In this document: positions 24,701 through 38,499 of the stretch, piece after piece
Layout: each line of letters opens with the position of its first letter
Position numbering within the stretch: position 1 is the first letter of the stretch
NCBI GenBank assembly: GCA_951406725.2
Contig: OX597815.1
Span: 156,364,001-156,428,000 of the forward strand
Direction: 5' to 3'
Source: Octopus vulgaris
Lineage: Eukaryota
Length of the DNA: 64,000 nucleotides
Program-made: the position numbers and the translations under genes
Notes under the pieces: model-generated
Told to the model about the DNA's origin: nothing
The model's database searches: none
Seen by the model: only the letters and a program-made list of their open reading frames with translations

Positions 24701-25300
24701 GAATTTCCTATAAAAATAAATGATTAATGATGGAATCAATGCACACAGCACAACCACATTACTAAATAAATACAGATAGCATACATTAGTCACAAACAAA
24801 TATAAACACTTGATTCTGTGAATATGGCGTTGTGTTAATCTTGAACCGAAAAGAAAATGAAAATCTCATTCGTCCAGCCTGGTGGATGCAGCCACTTACG
24901 CTATTAATATTTCATCCAGAACATGTGTACTGGAAGGTTCAGAAACATTGATGAAGACTTGGAGACTTTTACCATTCCAAATAATCCATAAGGAATGTAT
25001 TTAAAAAATCTAAGAAATCCTTCATAAAAACAATAAAAAGAAACAACCCTGTGGCTAATATATACATGTGTGTTTTTTTTTGTGAGCGCGTGTGTGTGTT
25101 TGTCTAAGTGTTTATGTGTGTGTATGTGTATTTTGTGTGCGTGCGTGTGTTTTTGAGTGCGCGTGCGTGTGTGTGTTTATGTGTGTTTGTGTGTTTTTGT
25201 GTGTAACAATATGGTATCAAAAATACCAGGTTAGATCAATATTTATAAATTATTATCACGAGTGTGATTACGTGCAACATCTTCATCATCAGTATGTATG

Positions 25301-25345
<45 letters not shown>

Positions 25346-26546
25346 CTGTGTTTGTGTGTGTGTATGCACTATACAGAGCGCTACTCAACTTGTGTAAACA
25401 AAACATTTTACATTTGAAGTGCTGTATGATTAAGAATTAATTAGCTCACTGTCAGAAGTTCACCTTGAATTCAGACAGAAAGGAAGAATCGAGTATATAT
25501 TCTGACAGAAAGAAGACGCTTATCTCCTTGTTGGGATATTGGCTGATATTTTGTTGCCTAGGTTGCAATTGTTTAATTGGAATAAGGAGCAGAGTGTGTT
25601 GATATCGTTGTATATAATAAATGATATTTGGGAATACAAGGATTATATATGAAGCAAACACAATAAGCAATGGAAAGCAATTGAACGCTTTATATGTAGA
25701 TGACAAATTTAGTCTTACACAAACAACAAAAAATAACTCATCGACTTTTCATCCGGGAGAAGCTGAAAATGTACGTCTATCCAGAGTGAGATGAATAGAA
25801 AATAATAGACATACTTGAAAAAGCACATATCAGTTCGTATATATATATATATATAAAATACAAAAATGTGACTAGAACTACCTTTCTCTCTTCTCTCCCC
25901 ACGTGACCGGTGTTCGAACAAGCCTGACCTTTCTTTCTTGGTTCGACTACCATCCGTGCAACATCTATATTCCTCCCTCTGCCTGTAAAATCTTATGTCC
26001 CTGCCGTAAGGCTTTACTTCCACACACGCCAGTCTAATTTAAATTAGTCCTTAGTCGAAAGACACCTGTTCTTATGTCCTATCAATTGCACTTGTATTTG
26101 TGTAACATTTCTCCGGTTTTTTTTTGTCTTTGTTTTCGTATACATTCGCTGCTTTCGTCCAAGGAATCTAATGATTTTAGATTAGCTTTTTTTTCCTTGG
26201 GACTGGCCAGATTGGAGCGATCTCGAGTATAGCTAGCCGAAATTACAAAGATAATCTAGAACTCGACTGAGGATAGAATACTCCGAATGACTCATCCATA
26301 TTTTCTTTGTATCGTCTGTCTGGATGTTTTTTGTCCCTTTTTTGTATCACCTAACAGTCTGGATGTTTTGCGTTCTTGTCTCATCTTTGTATTTTATATA
26401 TAAATATATATATATATAGAGAGAGAGAGAAAGAGAGAGAGAGGTAGATATATAATTAGATAGATAGATAGATGCCCACTCACACATATACATATGCACA
26501 TACATGTATATCTATTTATTTATTGATACATAAATAGCACTTATAT

Positions 26547-26950
26547 GAGTGGCTGTGTGGTAAGTAGCTTGCTTACCAACCACATAGTTCCGGGTTCAGT
26601 CCCACAGCGTGGCACCTTGGGCAAGTGTCTTCTACTATAGCCTCGGGCCGACCAAAGCCTTGTGAGTAGATTTGGTAGACAGAAACTGAAAGCCCGTCGT
26701 ATATATATATGTGTATGTTGTGTGTGTGTGTGTGTGTTTGTGTGTCCGTGTTTGTCCCCTCCAACAGCGCTTGACAGCCAATGCTGGTGTGTTTACGTTC
26801 CCGTAACTTAGCGGTTCGGCAAAAAAGACCGATAGAATAAGTACTAGGCTTACGAAGAATAAGTCCTGGGGTCGATTTGCTCGACTAAAGGCGGTGCTCC
26901 AACATGGCCACAGTCAAAATGACTGATACAAGTAAAAAAAGTAAAACAGT
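26547..26950 (+). mobile_element. tRNA-derived SINE family B, near full length
   Basis: A box GTGGCTGTGTGG, B box GGTTCAGTCC, CORE-like CACCTTGGGCAAGTG, internal (TA)n(TG)n, tail GGCGGTGCTCCA.CATGGCC.CAGTCAAA.TGACTGA.ACAAGTAAAA. Confidence 0.9.
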
Positions 26951-28122
26951 AATAGCTCAAAGACTCGGAAGCTATAAAAATATACCAAACTTCATAATCA
27001 GTGGCTAACAATTAATCTGATATTTCTATATTTCTGCACAATAGGTAGCCTATATTTAACATCCGTTCAATTGTAATATCTTTTTATCAGCGAAAACCAA
27101 ACTTTTTATTCAAATGATTTTAAATGGCAAACGGTTGATCATCATACAGATCTGTACCTATTGCTCTACGTTCCATACAATCCAAAAGGCTTTCTTTTTT
27201 TAAAGTTTATCTTCATGATCATTGATATTAATGCGCAGTTCACATAACGTTAAATTATATTCTATCATATATTTTTTGACTGGTAGTTATTTCATGTGCT
27301 TCTAAACTAATGACACGATGAGTAGATTTTAAATGTGCGTCGTTGAGCATATCACGTGTTTTGCACATGACAATTGAATACTGCATATGTGACCCATTTT
27401 CTAGCGTATTTTTGGCAACGAATCATACCTCACTGATAATCGTATTTCGATACGGACAAAACTATTTCTGGTTAACAAAATTTCTGACTCCAAAGTTATC
27501 TATACCTCTTCAGAGCAAAAGAAAAATGTATACGAAACTGATACCTGATAACTACTCATTCTGTAGACACTTTTTCCATCAATATTCCCAATACCTATAA
27601 GAAAACCAGCTCCAAAACGTATGGTACTGTTAATTTAAAGGGGGGGGGATAACCATAGCAAGCGGCTTAAAAATAAACCGCAGAAAAGAACATTTAGCGC
27701 TATGTAAATAATACATTTCTTTGAAAGACCATACATATAATTCTTAAATAATTTTTTAAAACTTAGTTATAAGTGCATAATCTGAATGTTCCCTGATGCA
27801 GAAACTTTTAGCCGTGAAATTCGTGGAGCAATGATGCATCCTCAAAGGTAGGAAACGTTACAGACGGAACAAACACTAATATTCTTAAATGCAAAAAATG
27901 GGAAATGTAAGAAATATCCCTTCATGCTGATTTAGTAATCATCGATCCAATATTGTATTTTTCCAAACTTTAAAAATAAGTATTTTCCCTGCAGGACAAA
28001 TCATACGAACTTAACTAACAAAGAAAGTGTTATTGTAAAGTACAGTAGCATTATATAATCATTATAGACAGAAGAAAACATCCCACACAAATCAGGCCTC
28101 CTTTTTACGATCACAATCACCC

Positions 28123-28331
28123 TATGAGGGTGTGCTGAAAAGTTCCTGGTATCACGAAAGGACTGGTTCGGGGCCTAACCTTCCAAGTTCTTTTACAGGG
28201 CTTAGAAACATTGAAGGACTGCTACAAGTGTGTGAATCTGAGAGTGGAATATGTTGAGTAAAATTATAATTAACTGATCCTTCTGTAATTTCTTTTACCC
28301 AAAGCCAGGAACTTTTCAGAACCTTCTCGTA
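28123..28331 (+). mobile_element. Mariner-derived MITE (internal deletion derivative)
   Basis: TIRs TATGAGGGTGTGCTGAAAAGTTCCTGG / CCAGGAACTTTTCAGAACCTTCTCGTA with TA ends. Interior translates QGLETLKDCYKCVNLRVEYVE*, a mariner transposase C-terminus. Confidence 0.85.
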
Positions 28332-29091
28332 ATATATGATCTCTGAACGGTATAATTATTTTGTACGTAATAGTTTACAAAGTTAAGGTATTTCATTTTA
28401 TATTTTTTGTATAAACAATAAAAGAAAAGCAAGATTGTGCTAACTAAAAATCTTTTTAAATAAGATTTTCTCAGCATTCCAACATCCTGAAACGACTTCC
28501 ACCATCATTATCCAAATATATTTGAATTTTAATGGATCATAAATATTACTACTTATCAAATTGTTTCGTCCATTCTCGAACACGCCCTTCCTTTGTCTCT
28601 CGAAGAAATGTAACGATCTTATACAGCTGTTTGCTGTTTTGAAGGAAAGATCAAAACTTACAGACATTTCCATCGATATTAGATCATTTCCAACTACCAA
28701 TTAGCTAAAATGGTTTATTTCCCATGTAGTAAATTTGGCATTAGTAGAAAGAAGATCATATGATAAGTATAATATTAAATCATCGATCCACACAAAAGCT
28801 CTGTTACCATAAGTCACCTTCCAAGTTTTCGTATATTTTACACATGAAAATATCACGAATTTTGCACATTCATAAATATTTCACGTGTTCTGCGCATGAA
28901 AATTGAACAGGCGAATGAGACCGCAGTTTTTCAGCAAACACACAAAACATCGATGACTATTCCTATTCCAAAGGGTATACGAAAGTGGTTTCTTATATAT
29001 TGTTACGCTGCCTCCCTAATTCAACACTTTGAACGATTGGCAAGATGAAACTCGGAGTTACAATTCAATACTCTTCAATCCGTAAGATCAC

Positions 29092-29127
<36 letters not shown>

Positions 29128-29317
29128 AGATGTATATACATATACATACATACATACATACATACATACATACAAATATTCCAGGGATGTGAAGCTCAAG
29201 AAGCTATGTCCGGTCACTTATAATAAAGTACTCAAAGATAACTTTGAGTGTAGTATGAATAAATACATTTAATCCATAATCAATAATCCGACAAAATCCA
29301 TTGTTTCACCTATGACT

Positions 29318-29690
29318 ATGTGTGTTCGTGCATGTGTGTGTGTATGTGTGTTTGTGTGTGAGTGTGTGTGTGTGCGCGCGCATGTCTTTATGTATGTATG
29401 TATGTATGTATGTATGTATGTATGTATGTATGAATGTGTATGTGTATGTGAGTGTATGTGTGTCAGTGTGTGTGCGTGTGTGTGCGTGTGTGTGCGTGCG
29501 TGAGTGTACGCGCGCGCGTCAGTGTGTGTGTATGTATGTATGAGTGTGTATGCGTGTTTGTGTGTGTGTGTGTACGTGTGTGTGTGTACGTGTGTGTGTG
29601 TACGTGTGTGTGTGTACATGTGTGTGTGTTTCTGTGTGCGTGCGTATGTGTGTGAGCTTGTGTGTGTATGTGTATTTGTGTGTGTGTGGG
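29318..29690. repeat. (TG)n/(TATG)n compound microsatellite
   Basis: Direct reading. Confidence 0.95.
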
Positions 29691-30433
29691 GGGTGTATGA
29701 AGGAGAGGCATAACAGTAAAGAAACCAGACATATAATCCGTTACGAATGTTATTTTCAGCGAAATTTACATTGACTGCGACTCTGCATTTCACGTTTAGC
29801 ATTGTTAACGTACATATTCAGGGACTGTTAGCGTTTATCCTAATTATATAAGCAAGGTAGTTTCATTTACTTAATTGTTTGAAACTTTGAGTGGTTATCT
29901 ATGTAATTTCAGCTTAAAATAAAATGTATAAGGGAAGCGACAGAGAGAGCGAGAGAGAGAGAGAGAAATCGAAAGGAAGTGAGAATGTAAGAAAAGAGAA
30001 TTACAGAGTGGACTGAGAAAAGAAACGTCGAGAGTTAAAGTGAAGGGAAAACAAATTGAAAGATGCTATGAAAAAGAAGTTTGTAGAAGACAAGTATTAG
30101 AGAATGAATTAGGAAAGTATTATTGATAGATATAATAAGGAAATGATAAACGCTTAGAAAGTGAAAGAGGATCCTAAGAAATTCGAGAGAATAACTAGAT
30201 GAATACACGAATGAATGAATAAATGAAAGAATGGATGGATGAATGAATGAATGAATGAATGAATGAATGAATGAATGACTGAATGACGGAATAAAGGAAC
30301 GTTCAAGCGAAAGACAGAATACGTGACTGAGGAAGAAAGATATGGTATGATGAAGTGGGAGGCAGTTCTGTAAGGAAAGACATTGCGGCTGTTGAGTGAA
30401 AGAGGTGGAGAGACATGCAAAAGAAACAGAGAA

Positions 30434-30466
<33 letters not shown>

Positions 30467-30979
30467 ACGAGCGTGAGAGAGGGAGCGACATCAGCACAGA
30501 TAAATATGGATGTGTGTGTCTGTGCGTGTGGATATGTGTGAAAGTGTGAGCCATATAGAATGCAGGGCTGCGTTCGAGTTTAATCATTTTCATTAAAGAT
30601 ATCTGCATACTCCTTTATTAATCTGCTATGTTTTATTTGGAGCAATAATATTCCGGAGTCCATCAATATTTCAAGACCTTCTCGACCTTATCTTCGAAAT
30701 GATCACCAGCGTCGAATGACTAAATAAACTCTATTATTGCGTTGCGTACGCTAATTCCTACTTGCACTACCAAAACAAATACGCGCGCACACATAATATA
30801 CACACATACAAACACGTATGTATATATAGGTGTAAATAAAGTTTACTATAAACGACGGTTTCAAAGAAAGAGACAAGTCAACAGATGTATTTATACATGG
30901 ACCAAATATAAATACATCTCACGTACATGTTGAAAGTTGTTGTGTATATTTCTATGTTCTTCCCGCCCCTTCACTTCCA

Positions 30980-31284
30980 ACACTTCAACGTCTCTAGTGT
31001 TTCTATAATCTCTCCGCTGCCACTAGCTCATACACCACAACTATTCTAGTGTTGTACTTCTACTACCAATGATATATACACTACAATACTAACACGGATA
31101 CAACGACAAATCTAGTGATGTATCCTTATATACAAACAGAAATATATCTTGTGTAGTGCTGTCTCTACTGGTATCGATATAACACTTCAAGTTTAGGGTT
31201 GTGTCTCCTCTACCACAGTCACTTATACGTCAACCAAGCTTCTGTTGTCTTTTCTTTCACTGACATAAACACGGCATTATGTCT

Positions 31285-31344
<60 letters not shown>

Positions 31345-31730
31345 GTTTATCTCTCTCACACTCATCTTATTAAATTAGTTGTTATATTTCTACTACCACT
31401 GACACATATATTTCAACTTAACTATATGTCCTTATTAACTCTATCATACACACTTCAACGATTCTAGTGCTGTTTAGTGCCTCTACTACCACAGACACAC
31501 ATCAACAATCTCAAACCACCACGCACAAATCTAATGTAGTGCAGGGCCTCGTTTACCACAGACGCACATACCACAACAACACTGATGTTCTGTTGCGTCT
31601 CTAATAACCACAGACAAGTGCAAGTCAACAAGTCTAGTAAAGTGCCTATACTACATACTACCACAAATACATATCAACAAGTCTGGTATTGTGTTATGCT
31701 TCTACTACTACAGACACATAGTCCGCACAA
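30980..31730 (+). repeat. Degenerate minisatellite, unit about 50-60 bp, interrupted by (CT)n at 31288-31342
   Basis: Recurring CAACAA.TCTAGTG.TG...GCCTCTACTACCACAGACAC motif, e.g. near 31045, 31111, 31463, 31530, 31633 and 31682. Confidence 0.65.
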
Positions 31731-32796
31731 CCTCCAAAAAAAACCTAGAGAGAGGTGGGAAAACAACAAAATATTTATTTAACGCATCAGTACAACAGAT
31801 TTAGATCCTTATTCGTTGAGGAACAGTTATCTATTGCCTATCAAGGTGAGAGAATAGAAAAGAAAGAGGAGGATTAAGATGGCAGTTGTACTCTAACTTT
31901 CCCAAGGGCATCTGCGAAATAAAAACAGCCAAGAAATACATATGAGGAAGAACCGTACCTGGATTGCTGATTCGGCTCTGCAAACTACTTACTTGACTTA
32001 TAATTTATCAACACCAGTTCAACTTTCAACGAGCATACAAAGGTGTTCCAGTTGCTACCGGTCTCTGTTTTCCTGTCAGATACAAAATAGTGCATCTAGG
32101 ACTACAATATACAGTATATCCTTTTGTTTCGTAAGACAGTAGTATGCGAGTTGAGGGACTTGACTGCTATTTTCTACATGACAGGTAACCACATAGACTC
32201 CCTCGTTGGCACGAGTATTTTAGAGTGCATGTTTTGTATGTAAATAGTAACATAGAGATAGATATGTTAACAGAAAATTAAAGCTACAAGTAAAAGTAAG
32301 GGAGAGTTATAGAAAGCGATAATAGTTAAAACGTAATAAATAAGAATAGCTGCAGTTGTATTTTTGAAGCACACGTAACTGTGTAAAGCTAGTAAGGATG
32401 GCCTCTTTGATTAATATAATACCTGTAACTCTCAATGTTGTAAATAGAAGATTCGTAGTTATATAGATAAGGTGGTGCTAAAAGGGGAAGCCAGCAGTGT
32501 CGGAGCAGCTGGTGCATGGTTCGATGAGCACAAACGAAATACTTTGTAAACCGAACTGTGAAGTACTCTAGGTTAACAACATCAACTCTGTCGACGTGGT
32601 CGTTGCCGTCGAAGTTGGCGTCATAATCAACAACGTCAATTAGCGTTGAACTACATAACTTTCGATTTTCACCTACACCCTGCTTCATTCTGGGATCAAG
32701 TAGCAACATACGTACCAGTCAGATATTCGTGGTTGCAACCATGTCCGTATGTGAGGCAAAAATTATAGAACAGAAGCAGTAGAAACGAACACTACT

Positions 32797-32870
<74 letters not shown>

Positions 32871-32968
32871 TATCTTCATTATTTTTAATCATTATATTCA
32901 CGATTATCACCACCACCAATATTAATCATCATCATTATTTTTTTAATCATTATCATCACCATCATTTT

Positions 32969-33013
<45 letters not shown>

Positions 33014-33150
33014 TATCATCATCATCATTATCATCATCATCTTTAATCATTATCATCACCATCATCACCATCATCAATATTAATCATCATCATCATCATT
33101 ATTTTTATTCATTATCATCACCGTTTGAATCATCATCATCATCATCACCA
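32797..33150. repeat. (CAT)n tract with higher-order repeats
   Basis: (ATC)n broken by repeated ATTATTTTT.AATCATTAT and CAATATTAATCATC blocks. Confidence 0.9.
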
Positions 33151-33352
33151 TGTTTTTTAACAGTTTTCTGCGAGTTTCTACTGCATAACCATGATGCACG
33201 TCAGTGTTCCTGATGTATAAGTGTACAGCAATGTGTTTTAAGGGTATAAAATTGTGGAGCAGAAGTTTGGTTTGTAGCTTCTAGAGTTGTATTAGTGTAG
33301 TATTTCTGGGTTTTTTTTTCTCTCTCTGTTGTGCTGAAAGAATGAATATATA

Positions 33353-33763
33353 GGCGTAGGAGTGGCTGCGTGGTAAGTAGCTTGCTTACCAGGCACATGG
33401 TTCCGTGTTCAGTCCCACAGCGTGGCACCTTGGGCAAGTGTCTCCTACTATAGCCTCGGGCCGACCAAAGCCTTGTGAGTGGATTTGGTAGACGGAAACT
33501 GAAAGAAGCCCTTCGTATATATGTGTATATATATATATGTGTGTGTGAGTGTGTTTGTGTATCTATGTCCCCCCCCCCAATATTGCTTGACAACCGATGC
33601 TGGTGTGTTTACGTCCCCGTAACTTAGCGGTTCGGCAAAAGAGACTGATAGAATAGGTACTAGGCTTACAAAGAATAAGTCCTGGGGTCGATTTGCTCGA
33701 CTAAAGGCGGTGCTCCAGCATGGCCGCAGTCAAATGACTCAAACAAGTAAAAGAGTAAAAGAG
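33353..33763 (+). mobile_element. SINE family B, full length
   Basis: Runs from GGCGTAGGAGTGGCTGCGTGG to the (AGTAAAAG)n tail; colinear with 26547-26950. Confidence 0.92.
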
Positions 33764-34211
33764 ATATTTCATGTTAGTTCGGTATTTGGATTTCATATAT
33801 ATTGTGTGAGTAGTTCTGAGTGTTTAAGTGTCGAACGGTGATTGTATAGAGACTATGCTCGGGCAATGTTATGTTATTGGATGGAAATTGTGTACACAGA
33901 TTTATAAAGAGCTGTTGATATTATAAATGCCGGATATCAATTATGTAAGAGTATTTGTTGTGTTATTTTGTTATGTGCTGATTGTGCAGAGTATGTGTTT
34001 GCATTTTATTACTTGGAGATGCTTCTTAGATTATAATATTTGAGAATTTAGTGGCTTGTGATTGTATAGAGAATGTGTTGTATAAGAAGAATAAATAAAC
34101 TGAGTGATGCATCAGACGTGAAACTGTATTATTGGGCAGGATTTGAAGTGTGTCGTGTCATCTTTTTGATTCTGAACAATATAGTGTGTTCTGACAGATT
34201 TTCTTAATGTT

Positions 34212-34244
<33 letters not shown>

Positions 34245-34519
34245 TACATGGCACCTAGTTCTCCAAGTAGGCGCTCAATCGCCGGATGGTTAAAATGCCC
34301 ACTTTGAAGCCACGAGCTTTCGGGTTTGAACCGACTGCGTAGCATCTTGTGTAAATGTTTTCTGCAGCTTCAAATCGTTCCGTACCTTTTGAGTTATTAT
34401 AGGTTGAACGGAAGCTGTATAGAAGCTCATAATATGCATAGTAACTGTGATGCAAATGTACGACCTTGTTTCATACACACTGTGTGACATGGATTCTACC
34501 TGAGAATTTCGTTAAAGAT

Positions 34520-34864
34520 AAAGGGTAACAACCCCATTCGGTTATGAATGACCATACAATGCACCTAGAAAGTTCCCCTCCAAGACACAAATCTAGGAAA
34601 AGTTGTTTCTAGAAGACCAGCAGTCACCCATGCATACCAGCCTCTCCTCTCCATGCCACCGATGTTATCCACAAGAAAGGCAAAGGCCGATACAGCTTGG
34701 CACCAGTGACGTCAAAATTCATATCTACAACAGAGTAAACTGGAGCCACGTGAAAAGAAATGTCTAGCTGAAGAACACAACACAAATCACAAATCCCAGT
34801 CCGGGACACGAACTCAATACCTCCTGATTGCGAGTCCAACACTCTAACCACTGAGCCATGCACC
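34520..34864 (-). mobile_element. tRNA-derived SINE family C
   Basis: Reverse-complement homologue of 50393-50717, with A box TGGCTCAGTGG. Confidence 0.85.
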
Positions 34865-36419
34865 TTCAAAGGTAAAACCATTTAGAGATTAATTCAGGAT
34901 TAGGTAATTCAGTTGATCGAACAATTGAATCCCCGTCGTGTAGCAACGGAGAACCAATTAGCACTCCAAATATTATTAGCATTTTTTTTTATTTTTATGC
35001 CCCTCATATTCTGCTCATTTCAATTTCATGTCACCTGCTTTTTGACAGTTTCTCCATTGCACGCAAGACAATATTTCACTCAGAAGTGATCGAGATATCA
35101 ATCAGAGTGCGAACCTTTTCATTCCAGTCCTTAAAATTATATCTGATACATTTCCTTACTACAATTGTCACTATGGAGAGGAATCTTCAAGATGATTGTC
35201 ACCAGATGATTCCTATGTATTGTTCGTTAAACACATATCTTATATTACCAGTTTTCAAGTCGACGACGTATTTCTAATATACATTCATAAATTTCAAGGG
35301 ACGCCTTTGTTTTGTACCCGAAGAATTTATAGTTATGTACAATCATCCATATGTACGTTCGAGAGCCAAGCATTTTTAAACAACTCAACTGTAATGAGAA
35401 AAAGTTCCTCAAGTATAAGGGATATCTTGGTTGCAAATATAAAATGAGAAAATTTCCGAAATTTTAATCGGCCACAAATGAAATGGATACACAGATATCA
35501 ACAGAAATTTATACATCCTTTACGTCTGACTTATTTCCGTTTGCAAGAGAGTAAAATATTGTCTACTTGGGGGATATCTATAACTTCTGTAAAATACTTC
35601 GTACCTGTTCGTTTTGAAATTTCAAGATTTCAGATTCGATTTCATTGTAAAACACCTTTGACAAAATTTCATCCTAGGTTTGTAAATGAAACTCAGGCGA
35701 CAAAAGTTGTTCTTAGATGATACAGAAGACTCGTCAGCAAATTTAATGTTATCACGTAACCCTCTGTCTCATTTAGAGGAATTATTTCAAGACTCCAGGA
35801 TAGGTGCCCAGTCTTGGATTCACTTACTCATTTCTTCACATCAGTCGCAGAAGTCAAGCAAAAGGATACATGTTTAGCTTTCCATCCTAATTTTGAAGTA
35901 TTAAACAAATGCTACATATCAATATTATTTTTTCGTTATTGACGAAGTTACCGGAGAAAATATCTGACCACATTCCGTTATATCACTTTATAAGTTCCAA
36001 CCCTACTTCCTTTGAAGAGACGGGTGCATTTGCCTAAATATGTATTTAAGTTGTATATAAATATATGTACTAATACATATTTAAGATGTAAATATACTTT
36101 TAGCTTGCATCATTCTGGAGAGAGAAGGAGTCAATAATACAGTAAAGTCTCTTACCAAATCTGTGGCTCCGTGCCATGCCAATGTTACAACCAATTTCTT
36201 AAATAACCGATGGAGTGAGAGAAACGCCGGAGCAGCAGGTTAAAGGCCTTAATATATTTAGTTGCATTTCTCTACTTTACGATTCCATATATTAATGCTG
36301 TTGATAAAGTGTCGTATATTTAATCAACTATATTGCTTCCTGCAAATTTGAAGCCTTTTATCATTATAAGAAATCGTTGGAAGAATCTTGTAGTGGTGGA
36401 AGTAGAAATAGCATCACCA

Positions 36420-36628
36420 GTAGTAGCAGCAGTAATAGTGTGGTAGTGGTGGTAGTAGTAATAGTGGTGATGAATTAGGTGGTATATGTAGTCGTGTTAG
36501 TAATAGTAATAGTAGTAGTAGTGGTGGTGGTTGTGGTGGTGGTGGTGGTGGTGGTGGTGGTTGTGGTGGTAGTAGTAGTAGTAGTGGTAGTAGTAGTAGT
36601 AGCAGTAGTAGTAGTAGTAGTAGTAGTG

Positions 36629-36673
<45 letters not shown>

Positions 36674-36700
36674 ATAGTAGTAGTAGTAGTAGTAGTAGTT
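36420..36700. repeat. (GTA)n/(GGT)n compound repeat
   Basis: Direct reading. Confidence 0.95.
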
Positions 36701-36994
36701 GCGATGATTTTGCTTCTATTGCAGCTGTTATTGCGACATGTAAAGCCTTCACTACAGCAACAGCTACTACTCCCATTGGGTGATCAGATGGCAAAAACTG
36801 TAAACGGTTGTCTTAAAGACATTTATTTATTCCCCTTTACGTTCAGAGTTGAAATTCCGCTAGAGTCGATATTGCTTCTCATTCGTTCTGGAGTCAATTT
36901 ATTACAATGAGTATCAGATAAGTATTAAGCTCGATAAAAATGCGTAGCCTGGATCTAGGCTTAATAAATTTTTAATATTGATAAGTAATATTGG

Positions 36995-37206
36995 TTTTAA
37001 GTTTTGGCACAAGGCCAGCAGTTTTAGGTGAGGTGGAGTAAATCGCTTACATCTACCCCAGTGTTCTACTGGTACTTATTTTATCGACTCCTACAGAATG
37101 AAAGGCAAAGTCGACCTTGGCGGAATTTGAACTCAGAACGTAAAGCCGGACGAAATGCTGTTAAATATCTTGCCCTGCGTGCCAACGATTCTGTCAGGTA
37201 GCCCAC
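36995..37206 (-). mobile_element. SINE family A copy
   Basis: ATGAAAGGCAAAGTCGACCTTGGCGGAATTTGAACTCAGAACGTAAAG on the plus strand. A more decayed plus-strand copy lies at about 36790-36930. Confidence 0.85.
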
Positions 37207-37769
37207 TTATTGATAACTAATATTAGTAGTTTGTAGTATTCGTTGAAGACATTTACTTTCTCTGTCTCACTCATACACAAACCCATATACAGACACACAT
37301 CTATAACGCACATGTAAGCACAAACCTCCATACATTAACTCGGGTTCTCACATAACCAATCACAAACATAAGACAGCTACACGAAGACACAAATACATCT
37401 TAAGTGCATATCAACACACAAACACACTCCTCGTCTTCATCGCGTTCACTACTCTCCGCGAGCTGTCACCATTATTCACATTATGAAAATCTTAGTCGTC
37501 ACCAACACCAACAGTTTAGCTCAATCACCATCATTATTATCATAACTATTACAAAGATGATCCACGTTGTTAGTATTATAGTCAGTGTCCTCCAAACTTC
37601 CTTATGGAAGGTTTCAAAACAAACATCTGTTTGTGAGCAAATACCACTAACACAACCTAGTTTCCTTCAACAATAATAAGACAGAATTTCTACACTCAAC
37701 AAGCGACCATCTTTACCAATAACATCCACAGGAACTATAAACAAAGAGAGCCGCGTAATTTCTATAGTA

Positions 37770-38200
37770 TTCTTTTCTACTCTAGGCACAGGGCCCGGAA
37801 ATTTGGGGGAGGAGGCCAGTCAATTAGATCGACCCCAGTACACAACAGGTACTTAATTTATCGACCCCGAAAGGATGAAAAGCAAATTCGACCTCGTCGG
37901 AATTTAAACTCAGAACACGAAGACAGATGAAATAGGGCTAAGCGTTTTGCCCGGGGTGCTAACGTTTCTTATTTCTTTATTGCCCACAAGGGGCTGTATA
38001 TAGAGGGGTCAAACAAGGACAGAAAAAGGGATTAAATCGATTAAATCGACTCCAGTGTGTAACTGGTACTTAATTTATCGATCCCAAAAGGATGAAAAGC
38101 AAAGTCGACCTCGGTGGAACTTGAACCCAGAACGTATCGGCAGACGAAATACTGCAAAGCATTTCGCCCGGCGTGCTAACGTTTCTGCCAGCTCGCCGCC
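37770..38200 (-). mobile_element. SINE family A dimer
   Basis: Full unit 37970-38200 with the AAAGAAATA-type tail, joined to a second unit that starts at AGAAACGTTAGC. Confidence 0.88.
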
Positions 38201-38267
38201 TTGTAATTTGCCAGTATTGCAAGAACACGTTGATTGTGGATCTCTCATGCCGACACTCACACTTGAT

Positions 38268-38300
<33 letters not shown>

Positions 38301-38400
38301 TTGCGTGCGTTTGTGCGTGTGTGTGTGCATGTGTGTGTGCGTGTAATTAGTACAATTTCTCTTTTAGGCGATGAGATGTATATGAGGAAAGCGCACATAT

Positions 38401-38447
<47 letters not shown>

Positions 38448-38499
38448 CGTGTGTGTGTGTGTGTGTGCGTGTTTGGGTCTGTGTGTGTATATTTATGTA

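Noticed and set aside
32389-32709. 106-aa non-repetitive minus-strand ORF
   Set aside because: No recognisable motif, and the length is within chance expectation.
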